Of a stretch of DNA of 32,896 nucleotides, positions 8,914-16,853 are shown piece after piece. The first letter of the stretch is position 1. The number at the start of each line of letters is the position of its first letter. The notes beneath the pieces are model-generated. The model worked only from the letters and a program-made list of their open reading frames with translations, ran no database searches and was not told the origin of the DNA. Made by a program: the position numbers and the translations under genes. The stretch is taken from the IMG/VR virus record IMGVR_UViG_3300020166_000007; one strand, 5' to 3'. Source of the DNA: a virus.

Positions 8914-9297
8914 ATGGCAAACAAAAGGAGAGGGTATTATACCACTAAACTGGGTGGGCGTCAACGAACGCTTCACTTTAGTATGAATTTCTGGGCTAAC
9001 TTCACAGATATTATGGATGTGCCACTGGATAAAATAGGAGAGCTATTTTCTGGTGGCGTTTCTATTTCAGCTATTCGAGCTTTGGTTTACAGTGCTATTT
9101 TAGCATTTGACCAGGAGGAGGGTAATGAGATAGACTATAATGAATTTAAAGTAGGTTCCTGGCTTGAGGATATAAACCAGGAAGGGCTGGAAAAAATGAT
9201 AGGCGCAATGATGGAATCTCGTATTTTAGGGAATGACCTTAATATGGGAATTGATCGCCAGGCTAAAACTGTTTCCAATACTAAGGGAAAGCAGTAG
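8914..9297 (+). CDS. Tail assembly chaperone, G-like (zero-frame product, 127 aa)
   Basis: Located between the major tail and tape-measure genes. It ends ...AAG GGA AAG CAG TAG, with a slippery heptamer 6 nt before the stop. Confidence 0.7.
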   Translation: MANKRRGYYTTKLGGRQRTLHFSMNFWANFTDIMDVPLDKIGELFSGGVSISAIRALVYSAILAFDQEEGNEIDYNEFKVGSWLEDINQEGLEKMIGAMMESRILGNDLNMGIDRQAKTVSNTKGKQ

Positions 9298-9626
9298 CCG
9301 ACTCCCTGACCTGGGATGACTTAGAGGATTATTATATTGGGCAAGTCGGCATAGATCCAGATAAGTTCTGGATTTACACCTGGAGAGAAAATCAACTACT
9401 AGGCGAATCCTATATGATAAAACAGAATCTGGAATGGGAGCGGATTAGATATTTGGCGACTATGTTACACAATGTAAATTGTCAAAAGCGCCAACATATG
9501 ATTAAACCAGAGAAATTATTTCCATTGCCCCAGGATAAATTTAACAAGATTCAAAAACCTAAAGGCACAAAACAGGATTATGAGTCATTTAAAGAGAAAG
9601 CTATAGCAGCTGGCGTTAAATTCTAA
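8914..9626 (+). CDS. Tail assembly chaperone GT-like frameshift product (about 236 aa, with a -1 shift at 9285..9291)
   Basis: After the slip the frame reads GGG AAA GCA GTA GCC GAC..., giving ...KAVADSLTWDDLEDYYIGQ...MIKQNLEWERIRY...AAGVKF. This absorbs track ORF 9414..9626 and the otherwise unexplained gap 9298..9413. Confidence 0.65.
9285..9291 (+). promoter_or_regulatory. -1 programmed ribosomal frameshift slippery heptamer, G GGA AAG
   Basis: X_XXY_YYZ in the zero frame of 8914..9297. The -1 frame is open only from 9285, after stops at 9252, 9264 and 9282, and runs to TAA 9624..9626. As I recall it, this is the same heptamer as the phage lambda G/GT site. Confidence 0.75.
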
Positions 9627-9639
9627 CGCCTTTTTTTTT
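9612..9639 (+). terminator. Rho-independent terminator
   Basis: GGCGTTA-AATTC-TAACGCC forms a perfect 7-bp stem followed by T9. It overlaps the GT stop codon. Confidence 0.65.
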
Positions 9640-9641
9640 AG

Positions 9642-9649
9642 TATTTTTG
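9642..9649 (+). promoter_or_regulatory. Bacteroidota-type -7 box, TATTTTTG, only 4 nt from ATG 9654
   Basis: Reads TAnnTTTG-TACT-ATG. The same 4-nt spacing occurs at 21882, 27303 and 29993. Confidence 0.4.
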
Positions 9650-9653
9650 TACT

Positions 9654-12137
9654 ATGCAAGATCAAAAATTAAGATTTCAAATTACAGGGGATGCAACCAA
9701 GCTGACTAAGGCGCTTAACACTGCATCTGGCAAACTACAATCATTCGGATCTAAGGTTTCCGCACTAGGCAGAAATTTATCAACTAAATTGACTTTGCCT
9801 CTAGCATTAGCTGGAGGAGCTGCAATTAAAATGGGACTTGACTTTGATAAGTCAATGACTAAGATTAAAACTTTAGTTGGTATCGCCTCGGATGAGGTTG
9901 ATCAAATGGGAAAAGCAGCTATTCAGATGGCTAAAGAAACTGGGATCAGTTCAAGAGATGCGGCTGACGCCTTGTTTTTTATTACTTCCGCTGGTTTGCG
10001 TGGGGCTGATGCAATGGCTGTATTAGAACAGTCTCTAAAGGCTTCTGCAATAGGCTTAGGGGATACTAAAACAGTTGCTGATTTAGCGACCTCCGCTCTT
10101 AATGCCTATGGAGTAGAAAATCTTTCAGCTTCACAAGCTACCGATGTTTTAACCGCTGCAATTAGAGAGGGTAAATTAGAAGCAGACTCATTATCACAAT
10201 CAATGGGCACTGTTTTACCAGTTGCCTCACAATTAGGAGTTAAATTTAGCGAGGTCGGTGCTACATTTGCAGCAATGTCCAGAACAGGGACAGACGCCTC
10301 AATGGCAGCAACTCAAATAAGAGGGGTACTTTTTGCATTATTAAAGCCAACTAAACAAGCTAATGACACTTTAAATGAATTTGGACTTTCTGCTGCTGGT
10401 TTAAGGGAAAAAATACAAGATGATGGACTTTTAGCTACTTTAAAACTATTAACTCAAACCTTTGGCGATAATGAGGAGGCTCAAGGTAAAGTATTTGCAA
10501 ACACCAGGGCGCTTTCTGGAGTTTTAGATTTAATGGGTAAAAACCTTGGATCTACTGAAAAGATTTATTCTAGAATGAATAATACTCTTGGAATTACAGC
10601 GGAGGCATTTACTGAACTTGAAAAATCAGCGTCTTACAGACTAGAAAAATCACTCAAAAATTTACAAAATTCTTTTACAGACATAGGCGTTACATTATTA
10701 AATACTTTCACTCCAATAATAGAAAAATTATCTGGAGTAATTACAAGTTTATCGCCTAAAACAATACAGCTAGGGCTGGCTTTTGGAGCAGTCGCAGCTG
10801 CAATGCCAATAATTTTAACAGTTGGCGGGTCTTTACTTACTGTTTTTGGTGCTATGCTGTCGCCTATTGGTTTGATTGCCGCTGGATTAGCAGCCATTGC
10901 AATAACGATATATAGTCAATGGGATGGCTTTAAAACTATTTTAGTCAAAATTGTAAATTATTTTATTGATTTATATAATGAATCCCTAGCATTTAGAATG
11001 ATTATACAGGGAACTATTAGTTATTTTAAAGCGTTTTATAGGGTTGCTAGCTCAGCATTTTCAACTGTTTGGAATGTTATAAAAGGTTTTGTATCAAACT
11101 CGATAGAGGCTTTTAAAGGACTTGGAGACATTATTACAGGAGTTTTTACTTTCGACTTAGACCTTATTAAAGATGGATTTAAAAAAGCTACAAAAGCAGC
11201 TTTTGATAATTTAGAAAACATTGCATCTGAGGGCGGTAAGTTAATGGATGAGGCATCCAAAATAGTTGCTGAGGAGTTTACTGATGGATTTAAAAAAGCA
11301 TATAAAGCAGAGCCGATATCTAATATTGTTGAGGATGATATACAAAATTTAGCAAATAAAGTAGGCGGAGCAATATCTAAATTTACATCAAATTTTGCTC
11401 CATCTGGTGGTGGTGGTGGTGGTGGTGCATCTCCTGAAGTAGATCAACCTTCAGTAGCTGATGCTTTTGGAGGTGGCATTATTGGTAATCCTTTAGATGC
11501 TCCAATTAAAGAGTTAGCAACTTCTAATAGTTGGGATCTTTTAAATTCAAAAATTACTGAAGCAAGAGACAGTTTTGATGATTTAGCTGGGGACAGGTTG
11601 GCTAAACACCAGGAAAAAATGAAAGAATTTAGTCAGGTAGTGGGAGGTCAATTGTCTGGAGCATTTTCAGAATTAGGAGGCGCAATGGTCGCATCTCTAG
11701 GATTGGGAGAGGGTGCTTTAGGATCCTTTACAGCTTCATTTTTAGCAGCTGCTTTGGATGCTGTAGGAGCTGCATTATCTGTATCAGTTGCTAATGCAAT
11801 CGCTGGAGCATCCGCTGGATCTTTATTAGCTGGACCAGTAGCGCCAATAGTTTTGCCAGCGTTAATAGCTGGTATGGTAGGACTTGTTAAATCACAGTTT
11901 GCCTCAGTTCCAAAATTCGCCAATGGAGGTATCGTATCTGGTCCAACTATGGGACTGATGGGAGAATATCCAGGAGCTAAATCAAATCCAGAAGTAATTG
12001 CTCCACTAGATAAACTACAGGGAATGATGGGAGGCAAAAGTCAAAACGTAAACGTAGGCGGACAGTTCAAAATTAATGGACAGGATTTAGTAGTTGCACT
12101 GCAAAGAGCAGACAGAAATCGAAGCAGAATAAAATAA
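9654..12137 (+). CDS. Tail tape measure protein
   Basis: 827 aa. The N-terminal core (GLDFDKSMTKIKTLVG...ITSAGLRG...) resembles the TP901-type tape-measure core. The protein is long and Ala/Gly/Leu-rich, with a Gly7 run, and lies in the canonical position after G/GT. Confidence 0.9.
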   Translation: MQDQKLRFQITGDATKLTKALNTASGKLQSFGSKVSALGRNLSTKLTLPLALAGGAAIKMGLDFDKSMTKIKTLVGIASDEVDQMGKAAIQMAKETGISSRDAADALFFITSAGLRGADAMAVLEQSLKASAIGLGDTKTVADLATSALNAYGVENLSASQATDVLTAAIREGKLEADSLSQSMGTVLPVASQLGVKFSEVGATFAAMSRTGTDASMAATQIRGVLFALLKPTKQANDTLNEFGLSAAGLREKIQDDGLLATLKLLTQTFGDNEEAQGKVFANTRALSGVLDLMGKNLGSTEKIYSRMNNTLGITAEAFTELEKSASYRLEKSLKNLQNSFTDIGVTLLNTFTPIIEKLSGVITSLSPKTIQLGLAFGAVAAAMPIILTVGGSLLTVFGAMLSPIGLIAAGLAAIAITIYSQWDGFKTILVKIVNYFIDLYNESLAFRMIIQGTISYFKAFYRVASSAFSTVWNVIKGFVSNSIEAFKGLGDIITGVFTFDLDLIKDGFKKATKAAFDNLENIASEGGKLMDEASKIVAEEFTDGFKKAYKAEPISNIVEDDIQNLANKVGGAISKFTSNFAPSGGGGGGGASPEVDQPSVADAFGGGIIGNPLDAPIKELATSNSWDLLNSKITEARDSFDDLAGDRLAKHQEKMKEFSQVVGGQLSGAFSELGGAMVASLGLGEGALGSFTASFLAAALDAVGAALSVSVANAIAGASAGSLLAGPVAPIVLPALIAGMVGLVKSQFASVPKFANGGIVSGPTMGLMGEYPGAKSNPEVIAPLDKLQGMMGGKSQNVNVGGQFKINGQDLVVALQRADRNRSRIK
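11406..11426 (+). repeat. (GGT)7 trinucleotide microsatellite, in frame (Gly7) within the tape measure
   Basis: Direct reading of GGTGGTGGTGGTGGTGGTGGT. Confidence 0.9.
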
Positions 12138-12141
12138 ATAA

Positions 12142-14220
12142 ATGGCATACGGAGCAAAATTCAGATTAGTATTTTCCGATGTAAAAGGGAATCTAAGGAG
12201 GGTCGAAATACTACAGAAAGATTACCAGGGTGATGTTTTTCCTTTAGTTGGGCAAGGCAATCCAGTGGTGATAAAATGGGATGGCGATGATGACTTTTAT
12301 TCACCCATAATAGGCTCAAGCTGTGAGTTAAATTTATTTGAAACTGAGACAACTCAATACGATCAATTTTTTTTATCTGGAGAGCGTGAGTATAAAGTAC
12401 GTGTTTCAACTGGATCAAATGAGGATAAAATATGGAATATAGAATCTGACCAGTGGGAGCAAGCGAATTATGAATGGGATGAGGAAAAAAGTTTTGAGAT
12501 TTATTGGGAGGGCTGGCTACAGGTTGATCAATATCAAGAAAGTTTGCAGCCATATCCAGTGCCAATCAAATTGGTTGCCTATGATGGCTTAGGGACTTTA
12601 GACGCTTTTGATGCGCCTTATTCTAATGCTCCAGATGGCGGATATGATGGGAATACTGATTCGATGTTTTTTTATCTGTATTATATTTTAAATAATTTGC
12701 AGCTGGATTTTGATATTTATGTTTCAAATGCTATAAGAGAAAGCAACGGCAACGCTAATGAAACGCTTTATCACGACATTATTTTAAATGAATATGGCGT
12801 ATTTGATGACTTAGATTTTAGAAATGCCAAAGATGTTTTAGAGTCTTTTTTAAGAGCTACAAATTCCAGGGTTTTCCAATCTCAGGGGCGCTGGTATATT
12901 ATATCAAATAGTAATTTAATAGATGTAAATATTGATCAGCTTTTTAATTATGACATAGGGTTTTCTATTGAGGATCAACTAGCCACAACTGGAGAGGAAA
13001 TAATCGAATACAAAGCTTTTGACCGCTTAGGGAATTATTTATTTACTACTACAGAAAACATACTGTTAAAAGCGCCAACCGATTTGAAGCCAGTCGGTGC
13101 TGATTTTTATAGAGAATATTTGCGCCCTTATCATAAAGTAAAATATGATGTCAAGCTGACAAATGACAAGATAATTAATCTAAATCCGCAGCTCCTATAC
13201 GATGATCACGATTATACACTAGGACCGAACACCTCTATAAGTATTGATCCAAATTATGCGCTAGTAGGTAGTAAGTCAATAAAAACTACTATACACGCCA
13301 GGGAAAATATTGATTTTGATGAGACTTATGAAGTCATTTTAAATACAGTGACTACAGATGACAGTAAAAAATTAAAAGTTGGGTTTTCGTTTTTAGTTGA
13401 ACCATATTATAATTTGATTAATTTCTCGGATGTTTTTGAATATGAGATAGCTGTTATTGTGTACGCTTACGATGCAAATAGTGATTTGATTTATTACAAC
13501 TGGAAAACAGATGAGTGGCAAACAGGAACTGGAGTTGGCGCTATTAATGAAAAAAACAGAACTAAACTGCCACAATTTAAAAAGGTAGGGACCTGGCAAA
13601 ATGTAGAGCTGGAGTTAAATGCTTACGAGGAGGTTGAGGGTGATTTAGATGTTACCATAAACATACACTATCCAAGATTTACAGTTTATCCAACTGAGAC
13701 TGGTTTGGGATTAATTAGCGCAACTTATTTTGATAAAATATTTATTTCAGAGGTTAATGACAACGCCAGTGAAATGATTGTTACAAATACACAAAACGTC
13801 AATAAAACCACTACCGCTGTTTACGATGTAAAAGATATATTTATTTCAAATTATTTAGGATCTAACGCCTCCCAAGGTGGCTATGATGGATATTTTTCAC
13901 GCCCTAGAGATTTCACTATACAGGCGTCTGACTATCCTACAGTTGACAATATTGTATCACAGGAAATATTAAACGATTTTAGAGACTTTGTAAAGCGCTA
14001 TGAGGGTACATTTCGAAATTTAATAAGCGAGCCAATACCAGTATCACTGCATAATAAAATATGGATTGATTTCGGTTCAGGAACTTTCAGAGAAGGCGCC
14101 AGCTGTTATATAGATTCTATGAATTATGATGTGAAGGCTAATGAATATGAGATATCTATGCACGTGCCAAACCAAACCAATGACGTTGATTCTACATTTA
14201 GCGTAAAACTCACAAAATAA
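12142..14220 (+). CDS. Large tail-tip / distal tail (baseplate) protein; function inferred from position only
   Basis: 692-aa ORF directly after the tape measure, followed by a terminator. I could not name a catalytic motif. Confidence 0.45.
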   Translation: MAYGAKFRLVFSDVKGNLRRVEILQKDYQGDVFPLVGQGNPVVIKWDGDDDFYSPIIGSSCELNLFETETTQYDQFFLSGEREYKVRVSTGSNEDKIWNIESDQWEQANYEWDEEKSFEIYWEGWLQVDQYQESLQPYPVPIKLVAYDGLGTLDAFDAPYSNAPDGGYDGNTDSMFFYLYYILNNLQLDFDIYVSNAIRESNGNANETLYHDIILNEYGVFDDLDFRNAKDVLESFLRATNSRVFQSQGRWYIISNSNLIDVNIDQLFNYDIGFSIEDQLATTGEEIIEYKAFDRLGNYLFTTTENILLKAPTDLKPVGADFYREYLRPYHKVKYDVKLTNDKIINLNPQLLYDDHDYTLGPNTSISIDPNYALVGSKSIKTTIHARENIDFDETYEVILNTVTTDDSKKLKVGFSFLVEPYYNLINFSDVFEYEIAVIVYAYDANSDLIYYNWKTDEWQTGTGVGAINEKNRTKLPQFKKVGTWQNVELELNAYEEVEGDLDVTINIHYPRFTVYPTETGLGLISATYFDKIFISEVNDNASEMIVTNTQNVNKTTTAVYDVKDIFISNYLGSNASQGGYDGYFSRPRDFTIQASDYPTVDNIVSQEILNDFRDFVKRYEGTFRNLISEPIPVSLHNKIWIDFGSGTFREGASCYIDSMNYDVKANEYEISMHVPNQTNDVDSTFSVKLTK

Positions 14221-14248
14221 CAGCACAAAGATTCCCTTTTGTTTGCTG

Positions 14249-14288
14249 ATCCCCAGGATAGTTTCGACTTGAATGGGGATTTTTTTTT
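14249..14288 (+). terminator. Rho-independent terminator ending the late (tail) operon
   Basis: ATCCCCA...TGGGGAT forms a 7-bp stem with an 18-nt loop, followed by T8. Confidence 0.6.
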
Positions 14289-14367
14289 AAAAATAATTCC
14301 GAATATATTTGGAAATTCCCCAAATATTCGTAATTTAGCTGAACAAACAAACAAACAATTAGAAATT
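14289..14367 (+). promoter_or_regulatory. Early-region promoter/operator module, copy A
   Basis: It contains a -7 box TATATTTG (14304..14311). An inverted repeat ATATTTGG-N7-CCAAATAT (14305..14327) includes the core TTTGGAAATTCC. An A/C leader AACAAACAAACAAACAA (14342..14358) follows. The module is about 70% alignable with 29290..29369. Confidence 0.55.
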
Positions 14368-14565
14368 ATGACAAATACAGATAAAAAAACATTAAATGTC
14401 AATTACAGACAAAAAGCTATTGATTTATTAGAGGACTTAGAAATAGAGGCTTTTAATTATTCTAAAAACTCTGGATATTATGATGGAGTTAGTTTTTCAA
14501 GTTTAAGTGAAAGCGAACAAATAGACGTTTTAGAAACGCTTTTTAAAAATAAAGCAATAGAGTAA
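14368..14565 (+). CDS. Hypothetical early protein (65 aa)
   Basis: I moved the start from track ATG 14239 to ATG 14368. The upstream 43 codons run through a terminator and the promoter/operator module. Confidence 0.5.
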   Translation: MTNTDKKTLNVNYRQKAIDLLEDLEIEAFNYSKNSGYYDGVSFSSLSESEQIDVLETLFKNKAIE

Positions 14566-14570
14566 TAACC

Positions 14571-14596
14571 CAGGGGAGGCAACTCCCCTATATTTT
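14571..14596 (+). terminator. Rho-independent terminator
   Basis: AGGGGAG-GCAA-CTCCCCT forms a perfect 7-bp stem with a tetraloop, followed by ATATTTTT. Confidence 0.65.
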
Positions 14597-14602
14597 TAAT
14601 AT

Positions 14603-14794
14603 ATGAATAACTTAGAATTAGAATTTGTAAACGAGATAAAACGCCTAGGGCTTAAAAGGTTAGACGTAGCGGATCATTTAGGATTTTCCTATGAAACGCT
14701 AAAAAGAAAACTACAGGATCCTGGGCGGTTTACACTCAAAGAATTACAGAAATTAAAACAATTAAAATTAAATTTAAATCAACTAAAACTATGA
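14603..14794 (+). CDS. Small helix-turn-helix DNA-binding protein, a candidate regulator
   Basis: 63 aa. The segment LKRLDVADHLGFSYETLKRKLQ looks like an HTH. It is the second gene of the early region. Confidence 0.5.
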   Translation: MNNLELEFVNEIKRLGLKRLDVADHLGFSYETLKRKLQDPGRFTLKELQKLKQLKLNLNQLKL

Positions 14795-15279
14795 AATCAA
14801 TTAACATTAAAGGCAGTAATTATATTACTGTAAACGAGCGTTTAAAATACTTTAGAAGTGAGGAAACTTTTAATGGATGGCGTATTAATGAGGATGTCAT
14901 TGACCTTAATGAAAAAGAGGGAATTTTTAAAGTAACAATTTTTGACTCATCTGGAGAGCCTATTACGTCAGCGCACGCTCAAGAGTACAGGGATAATAGC
15001 TACATAAATAAAACGTCTTTTTTAGAGAATGGGTTTACCTCAGCACTTGGAAGAGCCTTGGGATATTTAGGTATTGGAATAGATACTTCTATAGCTTCAG
15101 CCGATGAGGTTACAAATGCAGTAAGCAATCAAAGTAAGGATAACACTCCCTGGCTAAAAGAAACTGAATTAAAAGCGCTTATTGAGAAAGGCACTAAAGC
15201 ACAGGCGGTAAAAGTACTCGCTGCCTATAAAATGAAAACTGAGTACAAAAATCAAATAACTAGTAAATTTAAAATTTAA
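14791..15279 (+). CDS. Candidate single-strand annealing protein (Rad52/Sak-like)
   Basis: 162 aa. The segment ENGFTSALGRALGYLGIGIDTSIASADEV resembles the conserved (E)TSA.GRAL..LGIG motif I associate with Rad52-like phage SSAPs. The gene sits next to an SSB-like gene and a PD-(D/E)XK exonuclease gene. Confidence 0.4.
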   Translation: MKSINIKGSNYITVNERLKYFRSEETFNGWRINEDVIDLNEKEGIFKVTIFDSSGEPITSAHAQEYRDNSYINKTSFLENGFTSALGRALGYLGIGIDTSIASADEVTNAVSNQSKDNTPWLKETELKALIEKGTKAQAVKVLAAYKMKTEYKNQITSKFKI

Positions 15280-15283
15280 AATT

Positions 15284-15553
15284 ATGACACAAGAAAAAGT
15301 ATTTGCAGATGGGTTCAGCTTTAAACGTAGAGCTGGAGCGCCAGACTTTGTAGTGGGAAACATCAGCGTAAAAGTAGATGATGCTGTAACATTTCTACAG
15401 AAAAATGCTAAAGGTGGCTGGGTAAACCTGGACATTTTAACCGCTAAGAGCGGAAAGCAGTACATTGAATTAAATCAATGGGAGCCTAATGGCGATACAC
15501 AAACTGTAAAACAAGTCAATCCTGTAGCCCAGGATAATGATTTGCCATTTTAA
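15284..15553 (+). CDS. Small SSB-like protein with an acidic C-terminal DNDLPF tip
   Basis: 89 aa, ending ...VAQDNDLPF. This resembles the bacterial SSB C-terminal tip DDDIPF. The gene lies in the recombination module. The fold was not verified. Confidence 0.4.
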   Translation: MTQEKVFADGFSFKRRAGAPDFVVGNISVKVDDAVTFLQKNAKGGWVNLDILTAKSGKQYIELNQWEPNGDTQTVKQVNPVAQDNDLPF

Positions 15554-15560
15554 TTTAACC

Positions 15561-15596
15561 AGGGCGGCTCGAAAGGGTTGCCCTTTTATTTTTATA
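15561..15596 (+). terminator. Rho-independent terminator
   Basis: AGGGCGGCTC-GAAA-GGGTTGCCCT forms a 10-bp stem (including G-U pairs) with a GAAA tetraloop, followed by TTTTATTTTTAT. Confidence 0.65.
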
Positions 15597-15599
15597 AAA

Positions 15600-15911
15600 A
15601 TGAGTGATATAAGGGATTTAAATAATAAAGACACTTATTATTGTGTTTTTTATGATTACAAAAATAATGGCAAAATAATAAGGGAATTTAGTTTACCTGT
15701 TATTTATAAAGAACATTATATAAGTCACGATTTTGGATTTGGATCTGGCGAACAAGTTATAATTTATGACGTTGATTTAAAACTGTCATCATTAGAATTT
15801 GAGGAATTTATTATTAAATATGATATTGCTATTGATTATATAAATTATTGGCTAGAAAATGAAATCCATTATTTGTATTCTCATCCTATAGAAAATACAA
15901 TTAAAATTTAA
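15600..15911 (+). CDS. Hypothetical protein (103 aa)
   Basis: I moved the start from 15537 to ATG 15600, because the first 21 track codons overlie the terminator hairpin. The gene is very A/T-rich. Confidence 0.5.
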   Translation: MSDIRDLNNKDTYYCVFYDYKNNGKIIREFSLPVIYKEHYISHDFGFGSGEQVIIYDVDLKLSSLEFEEFIIKYDIAIDYINYWLENEIHYLYSHPIENTIKI

Positions 15912-15917
15912 TTAATT

Positions 15918-16103
15918 ATGTCTGAACATTTTACACCAGCCGATTTGTACGACAGCACTCCAGAGGATGACAAAAGATTTATGGAGGAAAGAATTACAGT
16001 ATTATTAGAATACTTGGCAAATTCAAGAAACGAGGTGACTATGCTAACTGGTCAGCTTGAATATTTAAAAAGAAAACTAAACGAAAATGGAATTGATTAC
16101 TAA
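15918..16103 (+). CDS. Hypothetical protein (61 aa)
   Basis: ORF with a predicted helical, coiled-coil-like product. Confidence 0.45.
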   Translation: MSEHFTPADLYDSTPEDDKRFMEERITVLLEYLANSRNEVTMLTGQLEYLKRKLNENGIDY

Positions 16104-16851
16104 ACAAGATACAAATGAGGAGTATCACTCGCACAAATCTATCTCAGCGAGTGGACTTAAAATGATTTATAAAAAATCAGTAAAGCATTATTTAAAGGCA
16201 AAGTTTACAGAAACGCCAGCAATGGCTCTGGGTACAGCTGTTCATACTATAATGCTAGAAGGTCAAAAACAATTTGACCAGGATTACTATTTGATGCCTG
16301 ACTATGATGGCAGAACAAAAGAGGGAAAGCAAATAAAAGCAAAACACGAAAAGTTAGCTGGGAATCGCAAAGTATTAAGAGATGCGGATATGGATAAAAT
16401 ATCTGGAATAATGCAAAATCTAAGACAGCACGATCTAGCGCAAAAATATTGTACAGGAACTGTAGAGCTGTCACACTATGGCAAAATGAATGGAATACCT
16501 ATTAGGGTGCGCCCAGATGTGTTTGGCGACAATTGGATTGGTGATGTTAAAACGTGCCAGGATAATTCGCCTATAGCATTTAGGAGAGATCTTTTTAAAT
16601 ACGCTTATCATTTACAGGCGTGTTTTTATTCTGACGTGCTAGGTTTTCCTCCAGAAAACTTTCGCTTTGTAGCTGTAGAGACTAATTATCCATACAGTAT
16701 TGAGGTTTATGCTTTAGATGATGATATGATTTCTATAGGGAGACAGGCATATCAAAAGGCATTATCTGACTGGGGTTTTTATTTAGCCTCTGGAATAGAG
16801 AAAGGATACCAGGCAGCTGGATATATGGATGATGGCGCTTTAATATTATAA
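16087..16851 (+). CDS. PD-(D/E)XK recombination exonuclease (RecB/Cas4-like nuclease domain)
   Basis: 254 aa. The motifs are RVRPDVF (D), IGDVKT (D/E-x-K) and YHLQACFY (QxxxY). Confidence 0.65.
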   Translation: MELITKQDTNEEYHSHKSISASGLKMIYKKSVKHYLKAKFTETPAMALGTAVHTIMLEGQKQFDQDYYLMPDYDGRTKEGKQIKAKHEKLAGNRKVLRDADMDKISGIMQNLRQHDLAQKYCTGTVELSHYGKMNGIPIRVRPDVFGDNWIGDVKTCQDNSPIAFRRDLFKYAYHLQACFYSDVLGFPPENFRFVAVETNYPYSIEVYALDDDMISIGRQAYQKALSDWGFYLASGIEKGYQAAGYMDDGALIL

Positions 16852-16853
16852 CT

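Noticed and set aside
9414-9626. A stand-alone 70-aa gene after the tail chaperone.
   Set aside because: Its frame is open upstream to 9285, exactly at a GGGAAAG slippery site in the chaperone gene, and it has no promoter or leader of its own. I reinterpret it as the T part of a G/GT frameshift product.
14239-14367. N-terminal extensions proposed by the ORF track: 14239 for 14368, 15537 for 15600, and 29319 for 29370.
   Set aside because: The extra codons run through terminator hairpins, T-runs and the palindromic operator or -7 boxes. Downstream ATGs preceded by A-rich leaders are more plausible starts.
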